Notes: generated by a model from the letters alone, not told the origin. Positions 1-8,855 are shown, numbered from the stretch's first letter. The stretch: DNA of 64,000 nt from an uncultured Chloroflexia bacterium (GCA_963711405.1 CAVQDZ010000001.1:891865-955864); one strand, 5' to 3'. Made by a program: numbers and translations.

Positions 1-1140
1 CTCAATGTTTGAGTCGCGCGGCGTCGCGGCGCTGACCTGGGTCCTTACTCGGATGCGGAAGATCTCGCCGGGCGCGAGCTCGGGCGTCACGAACGTGCCG
101 TTCTCGACAGCTGTTGTGATGTCGGTCGAACTGCGGCCAACGAAGTAGTGGATGCTGAAGCCCGTCGCTGATCCGGCGCTCGCGTCCACAGTGAAGGTGT
201 CGGCGGTGTCGCCCTCGTTCTCGACGACGATGTAAGCAGCCCGGAAATCACCGACGTACATCTTCAGCTTGGCGGTCTGATGGACCCCGGTGTCGTTGTA
301 GATGTCGTTGCCGCGTACGTGCCCGCCAACACGGCGGATCTGCCCGTCGGTTTGGAAGCCGGTCGCGCTGCAGACTGCCGGGACGTGGCCGGCCAGATTG
401 TTCTGGCAGTCACCGATTGCGCTGGCGGCCGCCTTGCAGGCGCTGTCACCGTTGCACGAGTTGTTGCCCACGCTCGCTTCGGCCACGTCGCATGCGCTTT
501 CGCCATTGCACGAGTTGTCACCGATCGTGCCGTCAGTACCAACGCAAGCCCGATAGCCCACGCACGAGCTGTCGCCGACGACGGTCGCCCGGTAGCACGC
601 ATCCTCGCCGTGGCACGAGTCGTCGCCGACGTCGCCAGCGGCCGATAAACATGGGCTTGGCCCCGTGCACGAGCCGTCACCAATGTCGCCGGCACTATTT
701 GTGCAGGCTTCTTCGCCGTTGCAGGAGCTGGAACCGACATCCCCATCGGCGTCATAGCACGCCTGTTCGCCGACACACGAGTTGTCGGCGATGTCGCCCG
801 AGGCGAGGTGGCACGCGGTGGAGCCGTTGCACGCGTTAGCGGCGATATTGCCGACGCTTAGCCAGCACGCGATGTAGCCGTTGCACGAGTTGTCACCGAC
901 GTTGGCGGACAAGTCCTGGCACGCGCTCTCGCCGTTGCACGAGTTGGCGCCGATGTTGCCGGTCGCGCCGGTGCAGGCGTTAGTTCCTACGCACGAGCCG
1001 GCCCCGATCGTTGCTGCCGACGCGGGCACGGCGGAAGGTGCCGGTGCTGTGGCGGCAAGCACTGATGTGACGCCAATCGACGTCATCAACATGCACAGGA
1101 ATACGACTCCCGCAAGGCGGGAGGTGACATGGCCGCGCAA
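1..1140 (-). CDS. Secreted cysteine-rich tandem-repeat protein, partial (3-prime end runs off the window)
   Basis: Minus-strand frame is open from nt 1 up to ATG 1092 / in-frame TTG 1140 (GGGAG just upstream of the TTG). It is absent from the supplied ORF track because it has no stop inside the window. My translation: RGHVTSRLAGVVFLCMLMTSIGVTSVLAA (signal-peptide-like), then 11 units of (I/V)G-D-N-S-C-N-G-x-x-A-C-x6, then a tail ...YIVVENEGDTADTFTVDASAGSATGFSIHYF... resembling a CARDB/DUF11-type beta-sandwich. Confidence 0.7.
   Translation of the reverse strand, partial: MRGHVTSRLAGVVFLCMLMTSIGVTSVLAATAPAPSAVPASAATIGAGSCVGTNACTGATGNIGANSCNGESACQDLSANVGDNSCNGYIACWLSVGNIAANACNGSTACHLASGDIADNSCVGEQACYDADGDVGSSSCNGEEACTNSAGDIGDGSCTGPSPCLSAAGDVGDDSCHGEDACYRATVVGDSSCVGYRACVGTDGTIGDNSCNGESACDVAEASVGNNSCNGDSACKAAASAIGDCQNNLAGHVPAVCSATGFQTDGQIRRVGGHVRGNDIYNDTGVHQTAKLKMYVGDFRAAYIVVENEGDTADTFTVDASAGSATGFSIHYFVGRSSTDITTAVENGTFVTPELAPGEIFRIRVRTQVSAATPRDSNIE
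418..1008 (-). repeat. Tandem array of 11 x 54 nt (one unit is 51 nt) inside the Cys-rich gene
   Basis: The DNA motif tgcacgagttgt.accga recurs on the plus strand about every 54 nt. The translated units are 18 aa with Cys at fixed positions 6 and 12. Confidence 0.8.
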
Positions 1141-1254
1141 GGGCTCCCTCTCTCGTGGCCGAAGCCCCACGCGGCTATCCCCCAGTACTATCGACCCTAC
1201 ACCATCGGGTTTGGCGCTAATCGGGTCCTCATGGGACGCACAGGTCAGAGTTGC

Positions 1255-2520
1255 TCAGGCGGCCTCAGTTCGGCTCGCGCGGCGGCGCGCAGGTGTGCTG
1301 AACCAGATCCAGGCAGTGCCTGAGACGGCGAGCAATCCGACCATCGACCACACCGCGGCCTGCGGCGTGAGCAGTTCGGCAAGCACGCCTGCGACCAGCG
1401 TCGAAAGGGCAATGGTCAGTGTCACGAGGCCGTAGTCGAAGCTGAAGACCCGGCCGCGGATCGCGTCGGGCGTGTGGCGCTGAAGGCCGTATGTCGAGAG
1501 CATCCATTGGGCGCCACCACCCAGGTGCGCGAAAAAGACGAGCACAGCCGCGATCCAGATCGATGGTGCGAGCGGAAACAGTGCGTACGCCACCGCAACG
1601 GTGACGATCGAGAAGGAAATACCGACCAACAGCCCGCGGTCCGACATGCCCACCGTCGCGCGGGCAAGGAATGGTCCGATCAAGGCGCCAAGGCCGCGCG
1701 CGGCGAAGAGCAGGCCAATGCCAACGTCACCGGCTCGGAAGACCTGGTCGCCAAAGACGGCCAGCAGCAGGATCACGCCCGTGCCGACGCCGAACATCGT
1801 CTTTGACAGCAGCAGCGACGACACGAAGCGGCTGTGGCGCGCAAAGCGATAGACCGGGACGATCGAGCCGAGCAGGCCCGGGCTGTGCTCGCCCGCGGCG
1901 TGCGCTTCGCGCGGTTGCTGGAACGGGCGCGTGATGCCGATGATCAGCGCGGCGGAGACGGCGAACGTTGCGCCGTCGATGAGGAACGCCGCGTCGCGGC
2001 CAAGGGTCGCGGCGACGATCCCGCCCAGGGCCGCCCCGACTGCCAGCATCACGCCCCAGGCAGAGCCCTGGATCACGTTGGCCGTTTGGAGGTCCGCGTC
2101 GTCGACCAGGTTGGGCAGCGCCGCGGACGAGGCAGGCTCGAAGAACGCGCCACACGCGGACAGCGCCAGCGCGCACGCGAGCGCGATCCAGAGCGTGTCG
2201 GGCGTGCGCGCGAGCAGGAAGCCCAGGCAGATGGGCACGCGCGCGATGTCGGCCGCAACGAGCAGGCGCTTGCGGTCGACACGGTCGGCCAGCGCGCCGG
2301 CGAGGGGCGCCATGAGCGCAAAGCCGCCGGTCTGGAGAACGAGGACGAGCGAAGCGACGGCGGCCGACCCGGACAGGTCGAGCGCCAGCCCCAGCAGCGC
2401 GACGGAGGCGAACCAGTCGCCGGCAAAGCTGATCAGCTGCGCGACGTACAGGCGTCGGAATGCGGGATTGTTGCGCAGCAGTCGGATGTACGGCGCGAGT
2501 CGCGTCCTCATGGGACGCAC
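1255..2520 (-). CDS. MFS transporter (EntS/MFS_3-like exporter)
   Basis: 421-aa track ORF, hydrophobic throughout with about 12 TM-like segments. Motifs NPAFRRLYVAQLISFAGDWF and GALADRVDRKRLL are typical of this MFS subfamily. Confidence 0.85.
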   Translation of the reverse strand: MRPMRTRLAPYIRLLRNNPAFRRLYVAQLISFAGDWFASVALLGLALDLSGSAAVASLVLVLQTGGFALMAPLAGALADRVDRKRLLVAADIARVPICLGFLLARTPDTLWIALACALALSACGAFFEPASSAALPNLVDDADLQTANVIQGSAWGVMLAVGAALGGIVAATLGRDAAFLIDGATFAVSAALIIGITRPFQQPREAHAAGEHSPGLLGSIVPVYRFARHSRFVSSLLLSKTMFGVGTGVILLLAVFGDQVFRAGDVGIGLLFAARGLGALIGPFLARATVGMSDRGLLVGISFSIVTVAVAYALFPLAPSIWIAAVLVFFAHLGGGAQWMLSTYGLQRHTPDAIRGRVFSFDYGLVTLTIALSTLVAGVLAELLTPQAAVWSMVGLLAVSGTAWIWFSTPARRRASRTEAA

Positions 2521-2532
2521 AGACTACGGCGC

Positions 2533-3309
2533 TCAGGCGACCTCGCCGCTGGCCAGCCAGGCGCGCGCCGTGAGCGTGAACGGGCTGTCGTCGACGCCAA
2601 GAATGCGACGGTAAGCGACCTTGAACGCGGCCTGATTCGACTCGTCGAGCGAGCGCAGATAGAGGCCTGACGGTCCGATTCCGGCCAGTAACGGCTGCCA
2701 CAGGTCGTCGAAGCTCTCGTAGCGCGCGCTGGGTTCAGCAGCATCAATGCTGGCGTTGACCAGGCCCACTTCATAGAACAGGTCGCGCAGCTCGTCGGGC
2801 TTGCAGTAGCGCATGGTGACCGCCTCGTCGTGCGCAGCACCCGCCGGATCGACCGCGATCGCGGCATCCCAAAACGCGCGCAACATGGTCATGTCCTGGC
2901 CGTAGTCCCACGTCGCGGCGGACACGCGGCCACCGCGCCTGGTGACACGCGCCATCTCCGTCACGCCGGCGCGCGCGTCGGTCATGAAGTTCACGACGAG
3001 CTGCGCCAGAGCGTGATCGAACGTGGCGTTGTCGAACGGCAGCAGCTCGGCCGTGGCAACGCGGACGTCGACTCCTGGCATGCGCGCCTGGGCCGCGGCG
3101 ACGAACGACGGCGACGGGTCCACCGCGGTTACGTGCTCTGCCCCAAGGGTCGCAACGAGTTCGCGGCTGAGAGCGCCCGGGCCGCAGCCAACATCGAGCG
3201 CACGTTGGCCCGGGCGCACTCCGGCAAAGGCGATCAGGGCGCGTGCCAGCTCAGCGTTGTAGCGGCCAACGTGGCGGTCGTACTGGTCGGCGTCGGCGAA
3301 GTTAAACAA
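2533..3309 (-). CDS. Class I SAM-dependent methyltransferase
   Basis: 258 aa with SAM-binding motif I LDVGCGPGALS followed by VTAVDPS. Overall Methyltransf_11/25-like layout. Confidence 0.85.
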   Translation of the reverse strand: MFNFADADQYDRHVGRYNAELARALIAFAGVRPGQRALDVGCGPGALSRELVATLGAEHVTAVDPSPSFVAAAQARMPGVDVRVATAELLPFDNATFDHALAQLVVNFMTDARAGVTEMARVTRRGGRVSAATWDYGQDMTMLRAFWDAAIAVDPAGAAHDEAVTMRYCKPDELRDLFYEVGLVNASIDAAEPSARYESFDDLWQPLLAGIGPSGLYLRSLDESNQAAFKVAYRRILGVDDSPFTLTARAWLASGEVA

Positions 3310-3317
3310 TTGCGTGC

Positions 3318-3839
3318 CTACCAGCCGGAGCTTCCGGGCTCGCCCTTGAACGGGCCGACGATCCTCGACGTGACCCAGCCGCCGTAGAACCGACCCGGCT
3401 GCGGCGTGGCGCGCTCCTCACCGACCCACGCTTCGTCGACCAGACCGGCATAGAACGCGAGGTAGTCGCGAATCGACTCGTAGCCGGGCAGCGGTGCGTG
3501 GTATGTCCAGCTGACGTTGTGGATCACCCGATCGCCAAGTCGGAGCGTGTAGTACGAAGCGCGGCCCTTCCATTCGCAGTAGCTCGTGTGCTCGGTCGGT
3601 GTGAGCAGGTCCATGCGCACGTCTGCCGGCGGCAGGTAGTAGACCGGCGGTCCGGCAGTCTCGAGGACGCGCAGTGCTCGCGAAGAATCGGCGATGTCAA
3701 CACCGTCGACGACGACCCGAATCCGCTCCGGCACGGGCTCAACCCGGGGCGGCCGTGGATAGTCCCACACGGACTCCTGGCCGACACCCGGCGCGATGCG
3801 TTGCTGCACGGCCGCAGCGTAACGCGGATGAGATGACAA
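3318..3839 (-). CDS. DUF427 domain protein
   Basis: Shows PVYYLPPADV, TSYCEWKGRASYY and FYGGWVT, the DUF427 pattern. The track start at 3980 overlaps the divergent gene at 3847, so I prefer in-frame TTG 3839 (or GTG 3809). Confidence 0.7.
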   Translation of the reverse strand: MSSHPRYAAAVQQRIAPGVGQESVWDYPRPPRVEPVPERIRVVVDGVDIADSSRALRVLETAGPPVYYLPPADVRMDLLTPTEHTSYCEWKGRASYYTLRLGDRVIHNVSWTYHAPLPGYESIRDYLAFYAGLVDEAWVGEERATPQPGRFYGGWVTSRIVGPFKGEPGSSGW

Positions 3840-3846
3840 TCCGCGA

Positions 3847-5444
3847 ATGCCACTCACTCTCCAATTCCTTGGCGCCGCCGCGACGGTCACCGGTTCGCAG
3901 TACCTGCTCACGACCGATCGGGCCAAAGTGCTGATCGACTGCGGCATGTTCCAGGGCACGCCCGACGAGCGCATCCGCAACCAGGTGCCGTTCGCTTACG
4001 AGCCGGCCGAGATCGACGTGATGCTCCTGACGCATGCCCACCTTGACCACTGCGGCCAGATTCCGCGCCTGGTCAAGGCCGGCTTCCGCGGGCCCATCTA
4101 CGCCACGGCCGGAACGATCGAGCTCGCGGCACTGGTGCTGCTCGACTCGGGCAAGCTCCAGCAGGAGTTCGCCAAGCGCGAGATGCGCTGGGAGCGCCGC
4201 CATCCGGACAAGGCTGCCGCAGAGGACAAGGAGCAGCTGGCCGACTACCAGGCCGCGCTCGACCTGGCCGCTTCCGGCGAGGCTCTAGCGGGCAGCCCGG
4301 CGATGGGGCCCACTGGCAGCGAGGTGACGGGCGAGCACGTGCCGACCCAGATCGAGCCGGCCAACGGCGCTGGCGTCACGGACGGCGAGCCGCCGATTGA
4401 CCTCGACGAGCCGCTGTACACGGAGGCCGACGCGCGCATCTCGCTGGCCAGCTTCAAGCCGATCCTGTACGACGAGGAGCACGCAGGTCGCGCCCGGCAT
4501 CCACGTCCGCTACGTCGACGCGGGCCACATCCTGGGCTCGGCAATCATCGTCATGCGCGTCGAGGGCGACGGTGGCTGAGGAGGAGCGCACGATCGTCTT
4601 CTCGGGCGACCTGGGCAGGCCCGGCGCGCCCATCCTGCGCGATTTCACAGCGGTCAAATCGGCCGACTATGTCCTCGTCGAGACGACCTACGGCGGCCGC
4701 GAGCACCAGCCGGAGCAGGAAGCGCTCAACGTGCTTGCCGAGACCGTCCGCCTCGTTGCGCAGTCGAAGGGCGTGCTCCTCGTCCCTTCCTTCGCGATCG
4801 GCCGTACCCAGGAGATCATCTACGAGCTGGACCGGCTGATCGACGCGGGGCAGATCCCGCTGCTGCCGCTGTATCTCGACTCACCCATGGGCTCCAAGGC
4901 GACCGACATCTACCGCCGTCATACCGAGTACTACGACACGGATGCGGACGCGGTCCAGCGCGCGGGCGAGACGCCTCTCGATTACCCGAACCAGATCATC
5001 ACCAACGACGTCAAGGACTCGCAGCAGATCGCCCGCGCGCAGCGGCCGTACATGATCGTGGCGTCAAACGGCATGCTCACCGGCGGCCGCGTCGTGGGCC
5101 ACCTGCGCGAGCTGATCGGTGATCCCAACGCGACGATCCTGTTCGTTGGCTACCAGGGTGTCGGCACCTTGGGCGCGAGCCTGCAGGCCGGCGCCAAGAC
5201 CGCTCGAGTCGACGGCGCGGTCGTTCAGGTGCTGTGTCAGATCAAGTCGATCTCCGGCTTCTCCGCGCACGCCGATGAGCCGCAACTGCTCGATTGGCTG
5301 CGCAACTTCGGCGCCAACGGCGTAAAGCGCGTCTTCCTGGTCCACGGCGAACCGGACGCGCAGGCCGCGATCGAGCCCAAGATCGACGCGCTTGGCCTAC
5401 CGACCTACATCCCGCACTGGCACGAGCGCGTCACGCTCGACTGA
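3847..5444 (+). pseudogene. MBL-fold / beta-CASP RNA-metabolising hydrolase (RNase J/CPSF-like), interrupted by 2 apparent +1 frame breaks
   Basis: One protein is spread over three frames. Frame 1 covers 3847 to about 4480 (LLTHAHLDHCG). Frame 2 covers about 4480-4575 (VAPGIHVRYVDAGHILGSA). Frame 0 covers 4576-5444 (TIVFSGDLGRPG, ETTYGGREH, GFSAHAD, LVHGE). Track pieces are 3847..4839, 4397..4579 and 4572..5444. Confidence 0.8.
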
Positions 5445-5561
5445 CCAGTCGTACGTAGCCGGAGACCAGTGGCCGGATAGGTGGCACCACTGTTTCGCGG
5501 TAAGGTCGGCCGTGGTGCTCTACTTCCTTGTGAAGGGGCAGTTGCCCCAAGGAGGGATCCG

Positions 5562-6110
5562 ATGTTTCGCAGATCTGTCATTGGCGTCGCGCTGGCGCTC
5601 GTAGCCGTCGTCGCGAGCGTTACGCCGGCCGCGGCTTACTACTGGGACAAGTCAACCGGCATCACCGGCTACGTCGTGACGGGCAAGGAAGTCACCTGCA
5701 GCTACAACGCGGCCCGTCGCCTGCGCAGCTTCACGGTGCACCCGCCCACGATCAGCGGCATCGCCGAGGAGCAGCGCACGGTCGCCTGGCGCTTCCAGAT
5801 CAGGGGCGCTCAGGAGTTCTCCTCCGGACCGCTTATCTACAAGAGCCCGTGGTACAAGGACGTGGCTACGGTTTCAGTGCCAACCGCCAATCTGAAGGCG
5901 CACACGCGGACCATTCCGGTCAACTCGACGATCCCCGACACGACCGCTTGGTATGCGCGCGCCATGATCATCTGGTACGAGTCAGGCAGCACGACCGTCG
6001 AGGCGGGCCGCATGTGGATCACCTATGGCGGCTATCAGCTGCACCGCGGCGCGGAGTCGCGTAATTCGAACGCGTGCGCGTTCAACTACGACTACACCTT
6101 CGGGACGTAG
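5562..6110 (+). CDS. Secreted hypothetical protein
   Basis: ATG 5562 is preceded by AAGGAGGG. N-terminus MFRRSVIGVALALVAVVASVTPAAA is a signal peptide. I recognise no family. Confidence 0.6.
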   Translation: MFRRSVIGVALALVAVVASVTPAAAYYWDKSTGITGYVVTGKEVTCSYNAARRLRSFTVHPPTISGIAEEQRTVAWRFQIRGAQEFSSGPLIYKSPWYKDVATVSVPTANLKAHTRTIPVNSTIPDTTAWYARAMIIWYESGSTTVEAGRMWITYGGYQLHRGAESRNSNACAFNYDYTFGT

Positions 6111-6502
6111 TGCTTGGTGGGCTTGGGCTGGCGTAGCAGGATTGCCACGAACCCGGCGAGAGTCACAACCGTCAGGATGGGAACTGCCGCCTTCGCGGCC
6201 TTAGGCGGTAGAACGAGCTCGAACATGGGCACTGGATCGCCCAGGCTGCGCTGAAACGGACCTAACGGACAGTTCCCGCGACCGATAACCAGGGCAACGC
6301 CTTCGGCCGCCAGAAGCGCCACGGAAGCGGTAAGCCAGCGGTCGCGTGAACGTCTTACTGCGGACAGCCAGACGTAACCCAAACCGGCCAGATTGACCAC
6401 GCCAAAGACTGCGTGGGCGACACGGAACGCCCGGGCGCCGGCGGGCAGATCGGCCCACGACTCACGCCGGTCGGTCGACAGGTTGGCGGCCGTGTCGCTC
6501 AT
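6092..6502 (-). CDS. Small integral membrane protein, hypothetical
   Basis: 136-aa track ORF with 3-4 hydrophobic segments. It lies directly downstream of tRNA-Val on the same strand. Confidence 0.5.
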   Translation of the reverse strand: MSDTAANLSTDRRESWADLPAGARAFRVAHAVFGVVNLAGLGYVWLSAVRRSRDRWLTASVALLAAEGVALVIGRGNCPLGPFQRSLGDPVPMFELVLPPKAAKAAVPILTVVTLAGFVAILLRQPKPTKHYVPKV

Positions 6503-6581
6503 CTTGTCTCGTGATATCCGGGTGCGGCATCGACGTGAGACAGCCGTCGCGGCATCGTCGCCGCGTGCGGAGAGGCGGGGT

Positions 6582-6658
6582 TGGTGGGCGACACTGGACT
6601 CGAACCAGTGACCTCTTGCATGTCAAGCAAGTGCTCTAACCAGCTGAGCTAGCCGCCC
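6582..6658 (-). tRNA. tRNA-Val (anticodon GAC), CCA encoded
   Basis: The reverse complement folds as a cloverleaf. Acceptor GGGCGGC/GTCGCCC, D arm GCTC..GAGC, anticodon stem CTTGC/GCAAG with loop TTGACAT, T arm ACTGG TTCGAGT CCAGT, then ACCA. Confidence 0.95.
6618..6658. repeat. 41-bp direct repeat, copy 1 (5-prime half of the intact tRNA-Val)
   Basis: gcatgtcaagcaagtgctctaaccagctgagctagccgccc is identical to 8815..8855. Confidence 0.95.
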
Positions 6659-6977
6659 TTCGAAGGGGCCAATGGTAACCGATCGCTCGGCAATCACTGA
6701 CGAGTCCCGAGAAGCATCCAAAGGGCTCAATAGGTAATCAACGTCCGCTGGCCAAGACGGACACTTCCGCGCCCACCCGTACGCCAGTTTGGCGCCCTCT
6801 CTAAGGGCCCTCCCTGGACGTGCCTGGAAACGCATTTTCACTGGAGCAGTTGCCCGCTCAACGCACATCTTTCGAGATCGGGACCTTCGGCACTTCCGTC
6901 GAGAGCGACTCAAGGGCTACGGTCGATCTGGAGTTCATTTGGAAAGATACGAGGCAAAGTTCATTGGCTTCCCTCCC

Positions 6978-7643
6978 GTGAAGACCGTTTGGGTGGTGGC
7001 GTTGGCAGTGGGCTTGCTGCTCACCAACTCGATCCCGGTCAAAGCCGTTGTTTTCCACTACTTCTCGTCCGCCATCGAGAGCTCCTACAACTCTTACACG
7101 GCAGTGCGCGAATACCGTCAAGACAAGGATGTGTCGGGCATACCCTCCGATGGATGCTCAGGACCGATCGCCGGAACGCCCGTCTACCAGACGATGTACT
7201 TCTACCTGAATGGTGGGGGTGTATTTGAACTTGGAACCGGGCACCAGTGCGCCGACAGTTACGTGTACTGGTTCGAGGGTTGGACCAACACAAGCGGTAC
7301 TTGGTCCCTGCTTGACTACCAGCCGGGGGTGACGGAAGGCGTCTCGCACTATTTCAAGGTGAAGCGAACCTCAAGTGTGTACAACTACTGGGTTGACAGC
7401 ACTGTAGTCGGACCGGCCGTCGGAGCTAACACCGGTTACAACCTTGTCGCACTTCTGGAGAGTTACGCTCCGACAGGCCAGGTCACCTTCACAATGAGTG
7501 ATCTCGCCTACCAGCGCAATGAAGGGTCCTGGGAAGGCTGGAGCGGCCAAGACGGCAAGAACGTCGATAGTGCCTACATGTGCGGACGATGGCTCAGCGA
7601 TACCTCATTCAAGGCCGGCGAGCCTTACGGCACGTGCAGTTAG
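6978..7643 (+). CDS. Secreted hypothetical protein (islet gene 1)
   Basis: Track ORF 6789..7643. In-frame GTG 6978 gives VKTVWVVALAVGLLLTNSIPVKA, which is signal-like. The body is rich in Y/W/G/S/T. The region is visibly more AT-rich than its surroundings. Confidence 0.5.
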   Translation: MKTVWVVALAVGLLLTNSIPVKAVVFHYFSSAIESSYNSYTAVREYRQDKDVSGIPSDGCSGPIAGTPVYQTMYFYLNGGGVFELGTGHQCADSYVYWFEGWTNTSGTWSLLDYQPGVTEGVSHYFKVKRTSSVYNYWVDSTVVGPAVGANTGYNLVALLESYAPTGQVTFTMSDLAYQRNEGSWEGWSGQDGKNVDSAYMCGRWLSDTSFKAGEPYGTCS

Positions 7644-7653
7644 GGACCCAACC

Positions 7654-8127
7654 ATGAGGCGACTGGAATTGCGAAACTTTGTCCGAATCGCTGCCGCCGT
7701 TGGACTGGTTTCGGTGCTCTCGATCTACTTCATCGCGAGCAGCGTGCATGCCGCAGGCGCGGCACCCGACGTCGCAGCTTGCATCGATGCACTCAATGGG
7801 ACGGCTGGTGAGTACGGCACGGACATGACGGTATTCAGAGCGGAGGGTGCGACACCAAGCGAGATCGCGACTTGGCAGGAGCAACGTCTCGCCGGGGACG
7901 GCATCATCGGGATCAGGTCTAGGCTGCGTGACTTCCCGGACGCTGACCACCTGACGGTATGTTTATACCTAGGTAGTTTCGTTACTCCGTCGCAGCCGGG
8001 GGAGCCTACGCGGGACATATTGCGTGTTTTCGTCCTGGATCCAAAGACGGTCATCTTCGATGCCGCCGGCTATCGAGGACGTATGAAGCCTGAGATGCCG
8101 AGCGATCAGGTTGGATCTGGAGGCTAA
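7654..8127 (+). CDS. Secreted hypothetical protein (islet gene 2)
   Basis: ATG 7654 gives MRRLELRNFVRIAAAVGLVSVLSIYFIASSVHAAGA, a signal peptide. The C-terminal half resembles the next gene. Confidence 0.55.
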   Translation: MRRLELRNFVRIAAAVGLVSVLSIYFIASSVHAAGAAPDVAACIDALNGTAGEYGTDMTVFRAEGATPSEIATWQEQRLAGDGIIGIRSRLRDFPDADHLTVCLYLGSFVTPSQPGEPTRDILRVFVLDPKTVIFDAAGYRGRMKPEMPSDQVGSGG

Positions 8128-8131
8128 CAGC

Positions 8132-8605
8132 TTGAGGCTCTTGCGTAGCACGTGCCCTGTCTTGCTCACAGTTCTGGCTCTCGGGTGCTCAGCATCGAAT
8201 CTAGCGGTGCCAACGCCGACTGCCGTACCACCCGTGACATCGCTTGCTCCAGCCACGGCGCTTGCTGCTCATTCGATCCCGGTGTCTCCAACACAAACGT
8301 CGTCCGGCCAATCCGTGTCGTCCGATACTGTCTGCGAACCGGCTGCTGCCTACTGGAATGGAACCGTGGTGACGGCCTTCGAGACCACGCTCGGATCGCT
8401 GCGCACACGGTTCCCTCTCGAGTCGACTAATCGATGGGAGTCGCTCCCCGATACAACCATCGCGCTGCTCTGCTACATCGACGGTGCCGTACCGAAGAGT
8501 GCACCCGGCCGCAGCGCGTCCTTTGATCGCGTCATTGCAGCCGTGGTGAACGGTGACGTTGAGCTACTGCAAGCAGGCTACGCGTCCGACCTTCCCGCGC
8601 CGTAA
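8132..8605 (+). CDS. Lipoprotein, hypothetical (islet gene 3, paralogue of gene 2)
   Basis: TTG 8132 lies 8 nt after GGAGG. N-terminus RLLRSTCPVLLTVLALGCSAS has lipobox LALGC. The track start is 8111. Confidence 0.55.
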   Translation: MRLLRSTCPVLLTVLALGCSASNLAVPTPTAVPPVTSLAPATALAAHSIPVSPTQTSSGQSVSSDTVCEPAAAYWNGTVVTAFETTLGSLRTRFPLESTNRWESLPDTTIALLCYIDGAVPKSAPGRSASFDRVIAAVVNGDVELLQAGYASDLPAP

Positions 8606-8728
8606 TGCTGCCGAACGAGCCTTCCTCCCCCCGCCTCCAGATTCCTCGGTCCCGCCTCTAAATTCGTCGGTATTTGTCCTGATAGGCGCGAGTCAACTCG
8701 CCGGCTTCCAGCCGAACGTGGCCCAGAG

Positions 8729-8777
8729 CCGATAATGTTCAGACGATAAAACGGCCTTCGCCGCATGGCGGAGGCCG
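8729..8777 (-). terminator. 49-nt repeat, copy 1, containing a minus-strand intrinsic-terminator-like hairpin
   Basis: A 12-bp stem ACGGCCTTCGCC / GGCGGAGGCCGT with loop GCAT. On the minus strand it is followed by TTTTATCGTCTGAAC. About 46 of 49 nt are identical to 12877..12925. Confidence 0.5.
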
Positions 8778-8814
8778 TTGGATTGTGAGTGGACTACGTC
8801 GCATTCGGCAAGGC

Positions 8815-8855
8815 GCATGTCAAGCAAGTGCTCTAACCAGCTGAGCTAGCCGCCC
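8815..8855 (-). repeat. 41-bp direct repeat, copy 2: orphan 5-prime half of tRNA-Val (positions 1-41, through the anticodon loop)
   Basis: Perfect match to 6618..6658. The sequence beyond it lacks any T arm, so this is a fragment and not a gene. Confidence 0.9.

Noticed and set aside
264-1435. Track ORFs 264..776(-), 280..648(+), 302..556(+), 417..839(+) and 881..1435(+) over the repeat region
   Set aside because: All are wrong-frame or antisense readings of the Cys-rich repeat gene. Their translations are low-complexity Arg/Ala/Pro/Thr strings. The unlisted minus frame gives a clean signal peptide and regular repeats.
3840-3980. N-terminal 47 codons of track ORF 3318..3980 (DUF427 gene)
   Set aside because: This extension overlaps the divergent beta-CASP gene start at 3847 and lacks similarity to the DUF427 pattern. 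In-frame TTG 3839 or GTG 3809 is more plausible.
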